Origin: Candidatus Latescibacterota bacterium
Lineage (GTDB): Bacteria > Latescibacterota > UBA2968 > UBA8231
Assembly: GCA_965248265.1 (NCBI GenBank)
Contig: CBDFJF010000001.1
Location: 1,216,001 to 1,280,000 of the forward strand
DNA length: 64,000 nucleotides
Reading direction: 5' to 3'
Translations under genes and position numbers: made by a program
In this document: one piece after another, positions 10,383 through 21,235 of the stretch
Layout: every line of letters starts with the position of its first letter
Position numbering within the stretch: position 1 is the first letter of the stretch
The notes under the pieces: generated by a model
The model's input: only the letters and a program-made list of their open reading frames with translations
The model's database searches: none
What the model was told of the DNA's origin: nothing

Positions 10383-11374
10383 GACCGACCATCTCCGCAA
10401 GTACGATTCTGGTCACCGGTGGGGCCGGTTTCATCGGCAGCCACCTGGTGGACCGCCTTTACGAGGAAGGTGCCAAGCTGGTCGTCGTCATCGACAGCAT
10501 GTTTCTCGGTGATGAAGCGAATCTCGAATCTGCCTATGAACGAGGCGCCTTGCTCTACAAAGAAGATGCGGCGGCGGCAGCAGCATTGGAATCCATCTTC
10601 GCCACCCATCCAATCGACATCGTTTTCAACTGCGCGACAAAGGCGCTTGGTCACTCATTCATCAGTCCTGCCGACGCCTTCATGGTCAACCCGCAGATCG
10701 CCATCAATCTTCTTGAACTTCTAAGGGATGGGCGATTCAAGACATTAGTGCACTTTTCAAGCTCTGAAGTCTATGGCTCGGCGCAGTACGAACCGATGGA
10801 CGAAAAACATCCTCTACATCCAACGACCGCGTACGCCGCTGGCAAGGCGGCCGCCGACCTTGCGATTGAGACCTATGTTCGCATGTTTTCGTTGGACAGC
10901 TTTATCGTTCGCCCTTTTAATAATTACGGTCCGCGACAGAATGCCAAGGGCATGCTGTCCGCGGTAATCCCCCGAACCGTACAACGCCTTGCCAGAGGCG
11001 AGAAGCCAGTCATTCAAGGCACTGGTCTCCAGAGCCGCGACTTCGTCTATGTGCTCGATACTGTGGATGCCGTTGCCAAGGTTTATCCTGAGATGAAACC
11101 AGGTGAAAGCGTCAACATTTCATCCAGTGCCAAGGTATCCATCAAGGACTTGGTCGAATCGATCTGCGCAATCGTGGGAAAACCGGCCGCCATAGACTAC
11201 GAGGGGGCTCGTCCTTCGGATGTCCAATGTCATATTGGCTCTCACGAGAAGATCGATGGCTTGATCGACTATCGATTGACGCCGTTCGCAGAAGGCCTCA
11301 AGGCAACAGTCGAGTGGCTCCTCTACAGCTTGGATTGTCAGGATGTCGTGAGCATGGAAGAAACCCGAACGTGA
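10379..11374 (+). CDS. NAD-dependent nucleotide-sugar epimerase/dehydratase
   Basis: VTGGAGFIGSHL, SSSEVYG, YAAGK, RPFNNYGPRQ. Confidence 0.9.
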   Translation: MRPTISASTILVTGGAGFIGSHLVDRLYEEGAKLVVVIDSMFLGDEANLESAYERGALLYKEDAAAAAALESIFATHPIDIVFNCATKALGHSFISPADAFMVNPQIAINLLELLRDGRFKTLVHFSSSEVYGSAQYEPMDEKHPLHPTTAYAAGKAAADLAIETYVRMFSLDSFIVRPFNNYGPRQNAKGMLSAVIPRTVQRLARGEKPVIQGTGLQSRDFVYVLDTVDAVAKVYPEMKPGESVNISSSAKVSIKDLVESICAIVGKPAAIDYEGARPSDVQCHIGSHEKIDGLIDYRLTPFAEGLKATVEWLLYSLDCQDVVSMEETRT

Positions 11375-11462
11375 CTTCTGCGTTTCGGAGTGCCTGAACA
11401 GGCATGTAGTCAACGCAGCACCCTCTGCCGCCGGTGATGATCCCCCCTGCGCGGCTATAGGC

Positions 11463-12221
11463 TCACTTGGCCTCCAAAGCGGGCTTCCGCAGCTTCAAAT
11501 AGATGGTGCCGCTAAGTTGGTACGGTCCCTTCCGTGCCACGAGCAGGTCGTGTAACCGCATCAAAGAAATGGTAAAGGGGAGGGCCATACCCCAGCCGAG
11601 GACTTCGCGGAACCGGGAGTACGGTGGGAAGAAGGTTTGTCGGATATCGACGAGTTCGAAGGAAGTGGGCAGGATGACCTTTTGCAGCATCGTGTCGAGA
11701 GAGTAGAACGAACAGTGGTTCAAGATTGTGTCCTGCGTGTATCCGTGGCCCAGAGGAGGCGGGAAGTTGAGGATGAAAACGCCGCCTGGCTCTAGGAGGC
11801 GGTAGACTTCCTCGACGACAGCGAGTTTGTCCTTCAGTTGCAGGATGTGGATGAATACCCCACTCGAACATACGACCGAGTAGGACTCTGAATCGGCTTG
11901 GATGGACCGTGCGTCAGTCACGTAGACATGATCGAAGCCGCTGTGGCGTGCCTGAGCGGCCCTCTCGGGGCTAAGCTCGACACCGTGGACAGTCGTGAAA
12001 CCGAGCTTCCTCCACGTGGGATACCAGGATCCATGCGAGCACCCTACATCCAGCACCACGCTCCTATCTTCCACGTCGCGCAGGAAGAACCGAACCGCAC
12101 TCGTGTGAGCGGCATGGTAGTAGCGATTCCAACCCTTCTCACGGAACCCTTTGGCGGTAAGTACAGTGTTGCCAATCACTTCCGCGTAATCGTGGTGAGT
12201 CTTGTCGGTCAACTCAGGCAT
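11463..12221 (-). CDS. Class I SAM-dependent methyltransferase
   Basis: VLDVGCSHG, GVELS, LLEPGG; start placed at ATG 12221. Confidence 0.8.
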   Translation of the reverse strand: MPELTDKTHHDYAEVIGNTVLTAKGFREKGWNRYYHAAHTSAVRFFLRDVEDRSVVLDVGCSHGSWYPTWRKLGFTTVHGVELSPERAAQARHSGFDHVYVTDARSIQADSESYSVVCSSGVFIHILQLKDKLAVVEEVYRLLEPGGVFILNFPPPLGHGYTQDTILNHCSFYSLDTMLQKVILPTSFELVDIRQTFFPPYSRFREVLGWGMALPFTISLMRLHDLLVARKGPYQLSGTIYLKLRKPALEAK

Positions 12222-12529
12222 GGATGTCTGGCCTCGGCTGGAATCGGGGCGGACTTGAGCAGGTGGTAATTGGTTTCGACTTCCGACTGTCCTGTAAGGG
12301 TAAGGCCAACCGCGCGGAATCGCCACCCAGAAATGCCCAGATACGCTGAAGGTACCAGTGCAGACTGATCCAGTACGGATGCCCTTCCCTCAGCACGGGC
12401 TATCGCCCTGGGAGAGCGGCCGTCAATGTGCAGAACACCGGCGCTCACCAGCATGTAGGGCGCGGTGAACCAAGGAACCCTCTTCAGACGATTCTGCGAG
12501 AGATCTTGTGCGCGACCGGCTGAGCCACT

Positions 12530-13396
12530 TCAGGTGGCCGATAGTGCCAAGAGACGTCGCAGACCCTCTGAAGGGTCCACCATTCCTTTAAGCTTGTAGG
12601 TTGATCGCATTAGGGCCGTGTCGGCTATGAAATTTCGCTCTTCGCCGCCATGGCCCACCTCAAACGACGGAGCAACTCCCAGAACGTCTCCGGCCACCTC
12701 TGCGATCTCTCGGACCGACAGCACCTGGGGACCCGATAGATTGACGGTCCGGCTACCTGGCATCTGTAGATCCATAGCCAGCATGTCCACTAGGTCGTCG
12801 ATGTAGATCGGGTTAACCGAAGGCTGGCCTCCGCGGTACAGAGACACCCCCTGTTTCCTAGCCACACGTGAGGCGATGGACTGCACCATACGCCCGTTCT
12901 GGCCTGGACCATACGGGGCAAACATCCGCAAAATGCTAACGTCGAACACCTGCTCGTAGCGGCCCAAGAGCAGCTCGGCGGCGGCCTTCGACGCACCGTA
13001 GAACTCTGTGGGACCAAGGGGGTGATCTTCTGCCATGGCCTCTATACTGGGCATGTACACGTTGCCAGTGGAGGCAAACAGGAATCGCTGAATACCGCTC
13101 CGCCATCCGTGATCGGCCAGTTGCTGGGTTGCACTCACGTTGACGGTGGTCTGCAGTGAGGCATCCTCTGGGAACCGGCCGCTGGCGAATGCCAAGTGCA
13201 CGATCGCGTCCAATCGGGTCGGCAAAGCCCGAGTGAACTGCGGGTCACTTAGGTCACCATGGATGACGCAGACGCCAGACGGCAAGGTGTGAGGCGACCC
13301 CCGACGAACGAGAACCACAACGTCGTGGGTGTCTGCGATCACCCGGGCTAAAGCGGAACCGACGAACCCGGTACCACCGGTCAGCAGTATGCGCAC
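12530..13396 (-). CDS. NAD-dependent epimerase/dehydratase
   Basis: ILLTGGTGFVG, FASTGNVY, YGASK, PYGPGQ. Confidence 0.88.
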   Translation of the reverse strand: MRILLTGGTGFVGSALARVIADTHDVVVLVRRGSPHTLPSGVCVIHGDLSDPQFTRALPTRLDAIVHLAFASGRFPEDASLQTTVNVSATQQLADHGWRSGIQRFLFASTGNVYMPSIEAMAEDHPLGPTEFYGASKAAAELLLGRYEQVFDVSILRMFAPYGPGQNGRMVQSIASRVARKQGVSLYRGGQPSVNPIYIDDLVDMLAMDLQMPGSRTVNLSGPQVLSVREIAEVAGDVLGVAPSFEVGHGGEERNFIADTALMRSTYKLKGMVDPSEGLRRLLALSAT

Positions 13397-13405
13397 AACA
13401 CCCTT

Positions 13406-14518
13406 CTATTTATTGCTATGAGGTCGCTGACGCCTCACAAGCCCCTTGCGGCGCACTACCCATTCCTCACCCCAGCGCCAGGCGAACGATCGCCAACCTG
13501 AGACCTTTCGATAGGTGCAGAAGGGCACGTAGCGTGCCCCCCACTTTTCCTTGTATAGCTTGATGCCGGCTTCTTTGGCTGAACGAGGATTGCTTCGCAG
13601 AGGCGTCAGGTTGAAGGAGCGACAGCCCTGAGCCTTCGCGGTACGCATCATCTCCCAGTAGAGCAGGTCTGTCGCCGGCAACTTGCGCTGGTGGGCTTCT
13701 GGCATCGTTGCCAGAGAAATGACGGTCGCCATGCTGTTGAACTGAAACATCCCTTGCACAGCCAACGATGTTCCCACCTCATCTTCGACGACGTAGTACG
13801 AGAAATACGGCAAGAACTCCGCCTCAAAGCGAACGGTCTCCAGGGGAGGAACCGGCAACCCCGCGAGCCGGCTGGTGCGTGCGTAGGGTTCGTGAAAATT
13901 GCTCGCATAGTCGTCGGTGTCGGTGATTTTTCGGTACCGCAGTCCGGCCTTCATCGCCTTGCGAATCGCAGTTCTCGTCCGTTGCTTGAAGCGGCCCCAG
14001 ATGACTTGCTCCTCTTCGTCTATCGGCAACAAACAGCTCGTCCACGCAGCAGCCGCGTAGCCGTTGGTGTCAAAGCACGTATGCAGCTGCGGTGAGGCGA
14101 AGAGCTTGCTCGTCGGTACCAGGCCACGCCAATGAGTGACCAGTAAGCCCTGCTGACCGGCGTAACTGTCCAGCCACCGCAGCAAGGTGTCTAGAGCCTG
14201 CGGGGCAACCTCTGGACAGTGGAAAACCGGGCCGTCGTATAAACTGAGCCAGCCCCGCGTAGTTCCCTGAAGCCAATGCCGTGGGCCTCCTGTGATCCGC
14301 TGGCCTTGATCGTCATGGGGGATCTCCTGCATCGCCAGCAGACTGGCAATGCGTTCGCTACCGTCGTACACCGCCAGGTACAGCGGCTGCGCTTGATCTA
14401 GCCTTGACAACAAACTTGCCCAGCAGGGGCTCTGAAAGAAGCCGGCCTCAGGGCCAGCCTGCTGCAGAAGGGTCAACCAATCAGCCGGCGCTTCGTTCTG
14501 GCAAACCTCGACCTTCAT
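13406..14518 (-). CDS. FemAB/GNAT-like acyl- or aminoacyl-transferase
   Basis: FFQSPCW, RTRTAIRKAMK, LLYWEMM..AKAQGC, GIKLYKEKWG. Confidence 0.78.
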   Translation of the reverse strand: MKVEVCQNEAPADWLTLLQQAGPEAGFFQSPCWASLLSRLDQAQPLYLAVYDGSERIASLLAMQEIPHDDQGQRITGGPRHWLQGTTRGWLSLYDGPVFHCPEVAPQALDTLLRWLDSYAGQQGLLVTHWRGLVPTSKLFASPQLHTCFDTNGYAAAAWTSCLLPIDEEEQVIWGRFKQRTRTAIRKAMKAGLRYRKITDTDDYASNFHEPYARTSRLAGLPVPPLETVRFEAEFLPYFSYYVVEDEVGTSLAVQGMFQFNSMATVISLATMPEAHQRKLPATDLLYWEMMRTAKAQGCRSFNLTPLRSNPRSAKEAGIKLYKEKWGARYVPFCTYRKVSGWRSFAWRWGEEWVVRRKGLVRRQRPHSNK

Positions 14519-14597
14519 CCCTTGACGCTCCCGTACGACCACGGCGCTGTGTGGGTCCTCTGGGGAGTGAATCGGCCGCTTGCCACACATGACGAAT

Positions 14598-15473
14598 TCA
14601 CGTTTTCTGCAGGACATCGATATAGAGCCGCGGCAGAGCCGGCAACTGCTTGTCCATCACGGTCCGTAGGAGCTGTTCGTGGACGGCGAGGTCTTCCCCG
14701 GCCGCGCGGAGGGCGTGCCGTGTGATGCCCACCCCAGCCGGCACCACGCTGCGTTGCAGCAGCCGGAATCCGGCCGCGGCGGCATGGTCGTCCATGCGCT
14801 CTTCGTCGAACACCGTCACGGACACGATGCCGTCACCTATATCCTCGGCATAGCGGGAGGTACGCGCCATATCCTCAATCAGGTCCCACCGACGGTTGAG
14901 CAGGGCGTGCACGAAGTGCCCGTGGATGGCGACGTTGCTGACAACGGCGATACCGCCTGGCCGCAACCAAGCGGCACAGCTGCGGTAACCAGATAGGGGG
15001 TCCTCCAGGCAGTAGGCGACCTCCGTCATCAGCGCGCCGTCGACACCGCCGGGCATCAAAGGTTCACCGGTCACCGAGCTTTGTACCAGTAGCATACTCT
15101 CACGCATGCTAACATCGGTGGCTTCCCACAGATTCAGCAGGTCGGCCGCATTGAAGTCTAGAGCAGCGATCCGACGCACCCCGGCTTCGTGCAACAGGCG
15201 CACACCGCGTCCGTTGCCACATCCAAGATCCAGGACCATCGGGTCGGGTGGCAGCAGGGCCATGGCCTGCGCCACGCTTGTGACGTAGTAGGGGAGATCG
15301 TAGTAGCCTGCTTGGCTTGGATCGGCGCTGCGTTCACGCTGTTGTGTGCCACCGGCCTCGCGATAGACCTGTAAGTTGGGCTCGTCTGCAGCTGCGGAGC
15401 AGACCATCGGCGGTGCCCAGCGCCAACCGCTGGGCAGATCCGCGACAAGTGCCTTCCACCATTGCGGCGTCAC
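14598..15473 (-). CDS. Class I SAM-dependent methyltransferase
   Basis: VLDLGCGNGRG, WLRPGG. Confidence 0.75.
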   Translation of the reverse strand: MTPQWWKALVADLPSGWRWAPPMVCSAAADEPNLQVYREAGGTQQRERSADPSQAGYYDLPYYVTSVAQAMALLPPDPMVLDLGCGNGRGVRLLHEAGVRRIAALDFNAADLLNLWEATDVSMRESMLLVQSSVTGEPLMPGGVDGALMTEVAYCLEDPLSGYRSCAAWLRPGGIAVVSNVAIHGHFVHALLNRRWDLIEDMARTSRYAEDIGDGIVSVTVFDEERMDDHAAAAGFRLLQRSVVPAGVGITRHALRAAGEDLAVHEQLLRTVMDKQLPALPRLYIDVLQKT

Positions 15474-15788
15474 AGCCGAATTCCGGCAGCGGCAAGGGAT
15501 CCACGGGTACCTAGGGGGCGCATACCAGACCGATTGCTGTACGCGTAGCGCTGGGCATCAGTGATCCTCAGCGGTGCCGTAGAGCTAAGGAAGTAGGGAA
15601 GAGAACGAGATTTGAACCCCATGGGCTGTAGCTCCAGTAGGTTGGCCAGAACACGAGGGTCGGTGGCCTGGGCGTCGGATGAGTTGACCTAGGAATGAGC
15701 CAGAGCCTTGGTGGTAAGCCCATGGGTGCATCCCTGAAGAACGCGATCACGGAGACAAAGGATTCCTCCACGTGGTAGCGCTTCTCCC

Positions 15789-16526
15789 TCACGGCGCCGT
15801 CAGCCCAGAAATCGTGCAAGCACCACCATGACGCCGGACATGGTCGATAACACTCAGCAGCATGGTACGGGGCCCGGGTAGACCATCACTGAGCGCAGCG
15901 AGACGGACTTCGGCCTCCGGCGCTGTCTGCAGAGGGCGGTAGCGATCGCGGAGGCGCCGGTAAATCGAGACGTCGGCGTCGTTGAGAAAGACGAGTATCG
16001 GGTGGAAATTGAGGACCACAGGTCCCTGACGGCACTGCTGCAACAGCTCGTCCAATTGCCAGATCGGGCGGGGGCGCAGGTTCTCGAGGTCATCCTCCCA
16101 GACGAATGGTACGCGCAGCAAAGCACCGGCGTCAAACCATTGGGAGATAGGGGTCACGAAGCGGGCATGGGGCAGATAGAGGGAGCAGTCGGTGCGGACC
16201 GGCGTATGCTCGAGCACCTGTGCTTGGATGTGCGTCGACTGTACCAGGCAGTGACTTCGCACGCATCGTGCGTTGGGAACCAAGTCCATGCAATTGCGCA
16301 GGACTTCGGGGACCGTGCCACCTTGTGTCGAGCCGGGCAGGAAGTTGGGGTGGATCCCCATCTCCACGAGACCGGGATGGTCTCGCAGCCAAACTGTGCC
16401 TTCATCCTCGTGGGTCACAAACCAGGTCGAGGGGACCCCGGAGGTCTTCAGTATCGACGCCACCTCGGCCACCACGAAGGGTGGCGCCCAATCAACGTCG
16501 AAGGAGATGGCTACGTCTCTATCCAT
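15789..16526 (-). CDS. Polysaccharide deacetylase-like protein (WbmS-like)
   Basis: ISFDVDWAP, STWFVTH, EMGIHPNF, RSHCL, VLNFHPI. Confidence 0.8.
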   Translation of the reverse strand: MDRDVAISFDVDWAPPFVVAEVASILKTSGVPSTWFVTHEDEGTVWLRDHPGLVEMGIHPNFLPGSTQGGTVPEVLRNCMDLVPNARCVRSHCLVQSTHIQAQVLEHTPVRTDCSLYLPHARFVTPISQWFDAGALLRVPFVWEDDLENLRPRPIWQLDELLQQCRQGPVVLNFHPILVFLNDADVSIYRRLRDRYRPLQTAPEAEVRLAALSDGLPGPRTMLLSVIDHVRRHGGACTISGLTAP

Positions 16527-17274
16527 GGAGGTCCTCGGTGGGCGCCGTCCAGCGACGGCGTGTTTCCAAGCGCTCGGCCTCGGTGTAGAAGTGTTGGGCA
16601 CAACGCGTCTCCAGCAGGCGATCAAGGGTCCTCGGCGACAGTCTTGCCTCGGCTCGGAAAGCGCGGCACAGGTCGGCGTACCCTTTGCCCTGAGCCACAT
16701 GCCCGATCCGCTCCCAGCGAAAGGCCTCCAAGCCGACGAAACGGGCCACCGCCTCTTCCTTGAGGGCATCGGCGAGTTCAAGGCGCTGCACCAGGGCAGG
16801 TGTGGGCACTTCGGGCGCACTGACGTGGTGGTCGAACTGACTGTGAAAAAACCCGGAAATCCAGCGATCCACCGGATTGCGCACCATGGAGATCACCTTC
16901 AAGGGACGGCGACGCTCCACCAAACCCTTGTAGTAGATCCAGCCTACGCCTCGAGGATAATGAGGCTGGCTGTCGAGGTTGGCCGGACACAGGATGTGGA
17001 CATGGAAGACGGGTCGCGCGCCCCAACGCGCCAGCGACAGGGACAGGGACGAGGTCCCGGAGTGTCCGTCGGAGTAGACCATGGTTGCCGTCTCGCCGCG
17101 CCAGCCGGTGGTCAACCGCAGGTAGGCATCGAAGAGAATGGGCAGCTGCTTGCCAACGCCGATGAAGATCGACCGCAGCGGGTCCGACGGACGGCGCCAC
17201 CACACGGTCTCAACCTTCCTTCCACACGATGTCGATGTAGAACTTAGGCGCCACCGGCAGCCCACGGTCGACAA
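16519..17274 (-). CDS. Sulfotransferase-like capsular polysaccharide synthesis protein (NKWYS-like), possibly internally shortened
   Basis: VYSDGHSGTSSL, FHVH, VISMVRNPVDRWISGFF, C-terminal HFYTEAE..RRRW; start uncertain. Confidence 0.55.
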   Translation of the reverse strand: MSTVGCRWRLSSTSTSCGRKVETVWWRRPSDPLRSIFIGVGKQLPILFDAYLRLTTGWRGETATMVYSDGHSGTSSLSLSLARWGARPVFHVHILCPANLDSQPHYPRGVGWIYYKGLVERRRPLKVISMVRNPVDRWISGFFHSQFDHHVSAPEVPTPALVQRLELADALKEEAVARFVGLEAFRWERIGHVAQGKGYADLCRAFRAEARLSPRTLDRLLETRCAQHFYTEAERLETRRRWTAPTEDLHG

Positions 17275-17331
17275 CCGCCTGCATTTGCGAGGCGGCGGCG
17301 GGCCAGCCCCCGACCCGCAGAGTGTGCGGCA

Positions 17332-18555
17332 TCAGGTGGCCTCCGCGCCGCGGCACCGCGGTCCTCTGCGGGCCGCGACCTCGCGGTAGAGATGGGCCAT
17401 CTGGGCACACACGGTGTCCCAGCTGTGGTAGCGGTCGACAAAAGCCCTGGCGCGCATACCCAAATCACGCAACTCGGCACGGTGGAAGTGGGCATAGCGC
17501 ATGGCGTCGGCGATCTCCTCGATGCTAGAAACGTTGAGCACGGGCATCGGCTCGGGATAGGCCTCGGCCTCGGCCTTGGGCGAAATATGAATCAGGACGG
17601 GTAAAGCACTGGTCATCGGCTCGAGGCAGGCGCCTCCCCAGAGGCCATACTGGAAGTGATCGGCCACGACGTGGTGACGCCGTAATATTGAAATCACCTG
17701 TGAGCGCCCCATGGGGGGCACCCACGTAACGATGTCTTCGAGGCCCAAATCGCGCACCAGCCGGCGGGCTGCCTCCAAGTCCTGACCGCGCTCCACCAGG
17801 GTCAGCCGCAGCGGAATTCCCTCGGCGCGCACCTTGGCGGCGGCGTCCAGAAAACGGTCGTTGCCCTTGTGGGCTTGCTCCGAATCAGTGGTAATGAAAT
17901 GCCAGCGACCCAAGCTGAGGTAGTGCAGGGGTTGGTCGGTGGACTGAGGGATCGAGGCGCCGCCTTCCAGGTCGGGCTGATCCATGCCCCAGGGCACGAA
18001 GGTGACGCGCTCGAGACAGCCGACACGATCCAGCAGTTGTCGGATCGGCTCATCCAGCGCCGGGGTGACGATGCGAGCCGTCCGGCGGTAGGCCCGGCGC
18101 AGAAGATAGCCAAGCAGGCCTAGCGAGGGTGCGGTCTCCCGCGCGTCCGATCCTGTCGGCGTAGCGATAAAGGGCGGGCCTGCGTCGGCGGCGAAGATCG
18201 GCATCAGCGTGAAGGCGTGGACCACGTCAAAGGATCTCAGGGTCCGCCATAGCCGCGGGGTGTGGCGTAGGTAGCCGAAGCGTTCCCGGATGCGGCTGCT
18301 CGCCGGTGTCACGTCGTCGCCAGAAGGCACATCCCACACATGGACCCAGGACAAGTCTTGGCGGCGCTCACCGAAGTCCTCGGGACTCGTGTTCTCCCGA
18401 CGCGTCGTCGCCTCTCGCCTGCTGAGGAGCAGGTGCGCATCGACCCCGCGCCAGCGCAGCTCGCGGGCCAGTTCATATGCGGCGCCCACCAGATTGCCTA
18501 GCAACGCCACGCGCACCGGTGCCGGAACCCCGGGTTCAGCCGTCACGTTGTTCAC
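17332..18555 (-). CDS. GT-B glycosyltransferase (family 4-like)
   Basis: HKGNDRF, VADHFQYGLWGGACLEPM..LPV, RAFVDRYHSW. Confidence 0.8.
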   Translation of the reverse strand: MNNVTAEPGVPAPVRVALLGNLVGAAYELARELRWRGVDAHLLLSRREATTRRENTSPEDFGERRQDLSWVHVWDVPSGDDVTPASSRIRERFGYLRHTPRLWRTLRSFDVVHAFTLMPIFAADAGPPFIATPTGSDARETAPSLGLLGYLLRRAYRRTARIVTPALDEPIRQLLDRVGCLERVTFVPWGMDQPDLEGGASIPQSTDQPLHYLSLGRWHFITTDSEQAHKGNDRFLDAAAKVRAEGIPLRLTLVERGQDLEAARRLVRDLGLEDIVTWVPPMGRSQVISILRRHHVVADHFQYGLWGGACLEPMTSALPVLIHISPKAEAEAYPEPMPVLNVSSIEEIADAMRYAHFHRAELRDLGMRARAFVDRYHSWDTVCAQMAHLYREVAARRGPRCRGAEAT

Positions 18556-18943
18556 GGGAAGACGGGCACCAAGGCCGAATCCACCGGGTTATGATCGCTC
18601 AGTCCGGCGACGACCAGCATGCGGAATAAGGCCTTCAAGCTCGAGAGTTTGCGGTTTATCGTCGCGCATTTGTAGCCACACTTGCAAGACGATTCCTGAA
18701 GGCGATCACATGATGAAAGGTCGTCTGTCTCGCCGCCTCGAGGCTGGGCAGCTCAACACCCAAGTGTGTGAAGAACTCATTGAGATCAGCTGCGTAGGCG
18801 CGGCGGGTGCGCTCTGAGAGCTGCCCAGCAAGAAACTGATCCAGTGGATTGTCGGCGACAACCGCGAGCGGCGATGATGATGTGGATCGTTCTTGAACCG
18901 TTAGGGCGGCCGTTTCCTGAACGACGCCAGCAGAACTTGGCAT
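18552..18943 (-). pseudogene. Tyrosine recombinase (Xer-like) N-terminal core-binding domain remnant
   Basis: FLAGQLSERTRRAYAADLNEFF, then a frameshift into ATINRKLSSLKALFRML..NPV; no catalytic domain. Confidence 0.75.
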
Positions 18944-18996
18944 TCTGCGATCGGGCTGAGCGAGGAACGGGAAACCTTGGTAGCGCGGGGAGCTAT

Positions 18997-19029
18997 AATA
19001 TACCACCATATTTGGAATATACCACCATA
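18997..19029. repeat. 14-bp direct repeat AATATACCACCATA x2 upstream of the recombinase remnant
   Basis: Copies at 18997-19010 and 19016-19029. Confidence 0.8.
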
Positions 19030-19094
19030 GCGGTGATTCCGCACGGCTCTCTCTTGCTACACCGCACCCAAACTTACGATAACGATAACGCTAC

Positions 19095-19112
19095 TTGGGG
19101 GTATCCATTTAA
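19095..19112 (+). repeat. Copy 1 of 18-bp direct repeat TTGGGGGTATCCATTTAA
   Basis: Identical to 21236-21253; flanks are also similar (AACGATAA before, CGGA after). Confidence 0.85.
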
Positions 19113-19784
19113 CCGGACTTGGAATATCTTATGAAGCACGGATCACCCGCGTGCTGGGATACACTCGTACATGGCCTCCTTAGTCAAGAGCACGTAGATC
19201 CTCCCTGGGGCGGTGTGTTTTTCACAACTCCTTCGACGAACCAGGTCCACCGTGGCACTGACTTCGTTTCTCTCATCTTGGTTGCAGCACAGTGGCTGCA
19301 CCAAACACGTATCGAGGGTCTGAACGACTGCCGACATCAACCACGTCGGCGCACAAGAAACTTACCCGTTCCCTCAGACCGACCGCGTCACTTCGAGGGG
19401 GCTCAAGAGGACCTCCTGTCCCAGTAATCTTCCGGCTCGGTAGAGGGGCAGCTCGTACGTATGGACCTGTTATGGTTGCGGCGCGGAGCCGGCGGCCAAT
19501 CAATCGGTCTGGTAAGCCCCGAACATGTGCGCAGACACGCGATCATCGGGCTCGAAATCCCATAGGAATTACCCTCAACGCTACTTATTTATCCTCGTAT
19601 ACTCTTCTCGTGAGTTGGTCAAGCGGCGTTTGAGGTTTTTCGCGGGCGTTGAGGGCCGTGCTTGTGGGTTGATCGCGGTGCGGTGAAGGATGGGGCGTGG
19701 GTAGCGTCCTTGGATCAATGCCAGCGGGTGCAGCGGCGGCCGGCAGCCAGAGATGGGGGCGCAGCGGTGTCTGGCCGGTCGGTC

Positions 19785-19935
19785 TCAGGCGGCAAAGTCG
19801 AACTCGTCCTGGGGCTGGGGCCGTGCCGGTGCAATGGGCGGAGTCCGTGACGGCAGTCCGACGCCCGCCAGGTAGCGCTGGATTGAGCGGGGCTCGGTAA
19901 GGGCGGCAATGAGGACCACCGCCGCCACAATTGGG
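19785..19935 (-). pseudogene. IS91/ISCR-family transposase C-terminal remnant
   Basis: Reads (PNCGG)..VLIAALTEPRSIQRYLAGVGLPSRTPPIAPARPQPQDEFDFAA*, matching the CPxCGG..IAxIxxPxxIxxILxHLGLP..PAR tail. Confidence 0.65.
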
Positions 19936-20111
19936 GCCTATTCTGTGTACCTCCAAGCCGGACACCACCTCGACATGCCTTGGTGGTCTGAGGCGCAGCC
20001 TCGACCTTCACTTGATTCCGGGATGCTGGAGCCCTCTCACAACGGTGCCGCTAAACGACGGGCGAACACTTTGCAACCTGCTTACATTGGAGCCACTCAC
20101 GGGACCTGGAG

Positions 20112-20882
20112 ATGACAGAAGAAACGACACCCGACCTGGTAGAGCATCGCCAGGCACAGGACGCGCACTACTCGCGTGAAGACTTTGCGGCTAAACCCTG
20201 GGGATACACAAAGGAGTACGTCGACCGGATCGGGGGGCCGCGATTCGAACTGGCTGCCCGAAACCTGATCCCCGGCTCGATTCTCGATGTGGGCGGTGGG
20301 TACGGGTACCTCCGACACTTCACCCAGGGACGCTGGCAGCTGAACCTCGACATCAGCGAAGTCCTCCTCGGCCACGATTCGGGTACGCCAAAGGCCGTAG
20401 GGGCGAGCGAACAGTTACCCGTTCGGGACGACACCTTCGACAACGTTGTCAACATCGGTGTCCTAGGGCACGTGGCCGACCCCGCGGCTTGTCTTCGCGA
20501 GGCGTTCCGTGTGCTGCGTCGGGGAGGCAGGTTGGTGGTCATGACGCCCCGGGCTGACTGGCTGAGACGGCTTGCCTTCAGCAGATGGTTCCCTTTGGTG
20601 CTCATGCTCCTGATCGAGTACCTGCCAAGGAAGGTCGGCCTCCACCGCTATCGCAACTTTGCCGACCAGGCGGCGGGTGGTAAGTCCCAGACCTTCGACC
20701 GCGTCTTTCTCTCCGGCGAGATTGAGGCGATGCTGCGCGGTTGCGGTTTCCACGTCGTCGAATGGGGGTATAAAGGCAAGGACCTGCCTGGCCGCTGGGT
20801 TCCCCCTGACTGGCTGGTGGAGCGCTTCTTCGACGAGAGCAAGTTCGGGCGCTTCGTCTACTTGATCTGTGACAAGGCCTGA
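20112..20882 (+). CDS. Class I SAM-dependent methyltransferase
   Basis: ILDVGGGYG, EQLPVRDDTFD, RVLRRGG; GGAG precedes the ATG. Confidence 0.85.
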   Translation: MTEETTPDLVEHRQAQDAHYSREDFAAKPWGYTKEYVDRIGGPRFELAARNLIPGSILDVGGGYGYLRHFTQGRWQLNLDISEVLLGHDSGTPKAVGASEQLPVRDDTFDNVVNIGVLGHVADPAACLREAFRVLRRGGRLVVMTPRADWLRRLAFSRWFPLVLMLLIEYLPRKVGLHRYRNFADQAAGGKSQTFDRVFLSGEIEAMLRGCGFHVVEWGYKGKDLPGRWVPPDWLVERFFDESKFGRFVYLICDKA

Positions 20883-20987
20883 CAGCTGGTCCACCTGCTG
20901 ATCGAGTCACCGGCTCCAAGGGAGGAGCCTGATCAAGGGGAGGAACGCGAAAACGCCGATTGACCCAGCCCGCTGCGTAGCGCAGGC

Positions 20988-21212
20988 CTGCTTCAGCAGC
21001 AGCATCCTGTGAACCTCCAGCCTGTAGCTCGTACAGATACACCCCCGAGGAGACGAGTACACCCGTCGCGTGGCACCCGTCCCACACCGCCGTGTGCAAC
21101 CCTCGGCGCTGCACTTCGGACACGAGCCCCCCCGCACACGCTGGCCCGCGATGTCGTACGCCACCAGCGTCACAGGGACCGTGAACTTCAGCTCGTAGCG
21201 GATCGTGACGGG
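20988..21212 (-). pseudogene. FlgD-Ig / secretion C-terminal tail domain remnant
   Basis: Frameshifted pieces TIRYEL..VTLVAYDIAGQRVR, GLHTAVWDG..SSGVYLYELQAG, RMLLLK. Confidence 0.7.
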
Positions 21213-21235
21213 TACGAAGAACGATAAGGGCCCGT

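Noticed and set aside
19140-19600. Integron attC-like sites
   Set aside because: No convincing paired RYYYAAC/GTTRRRY boxes with a stem, and the recombinase remnant shows no IntI features
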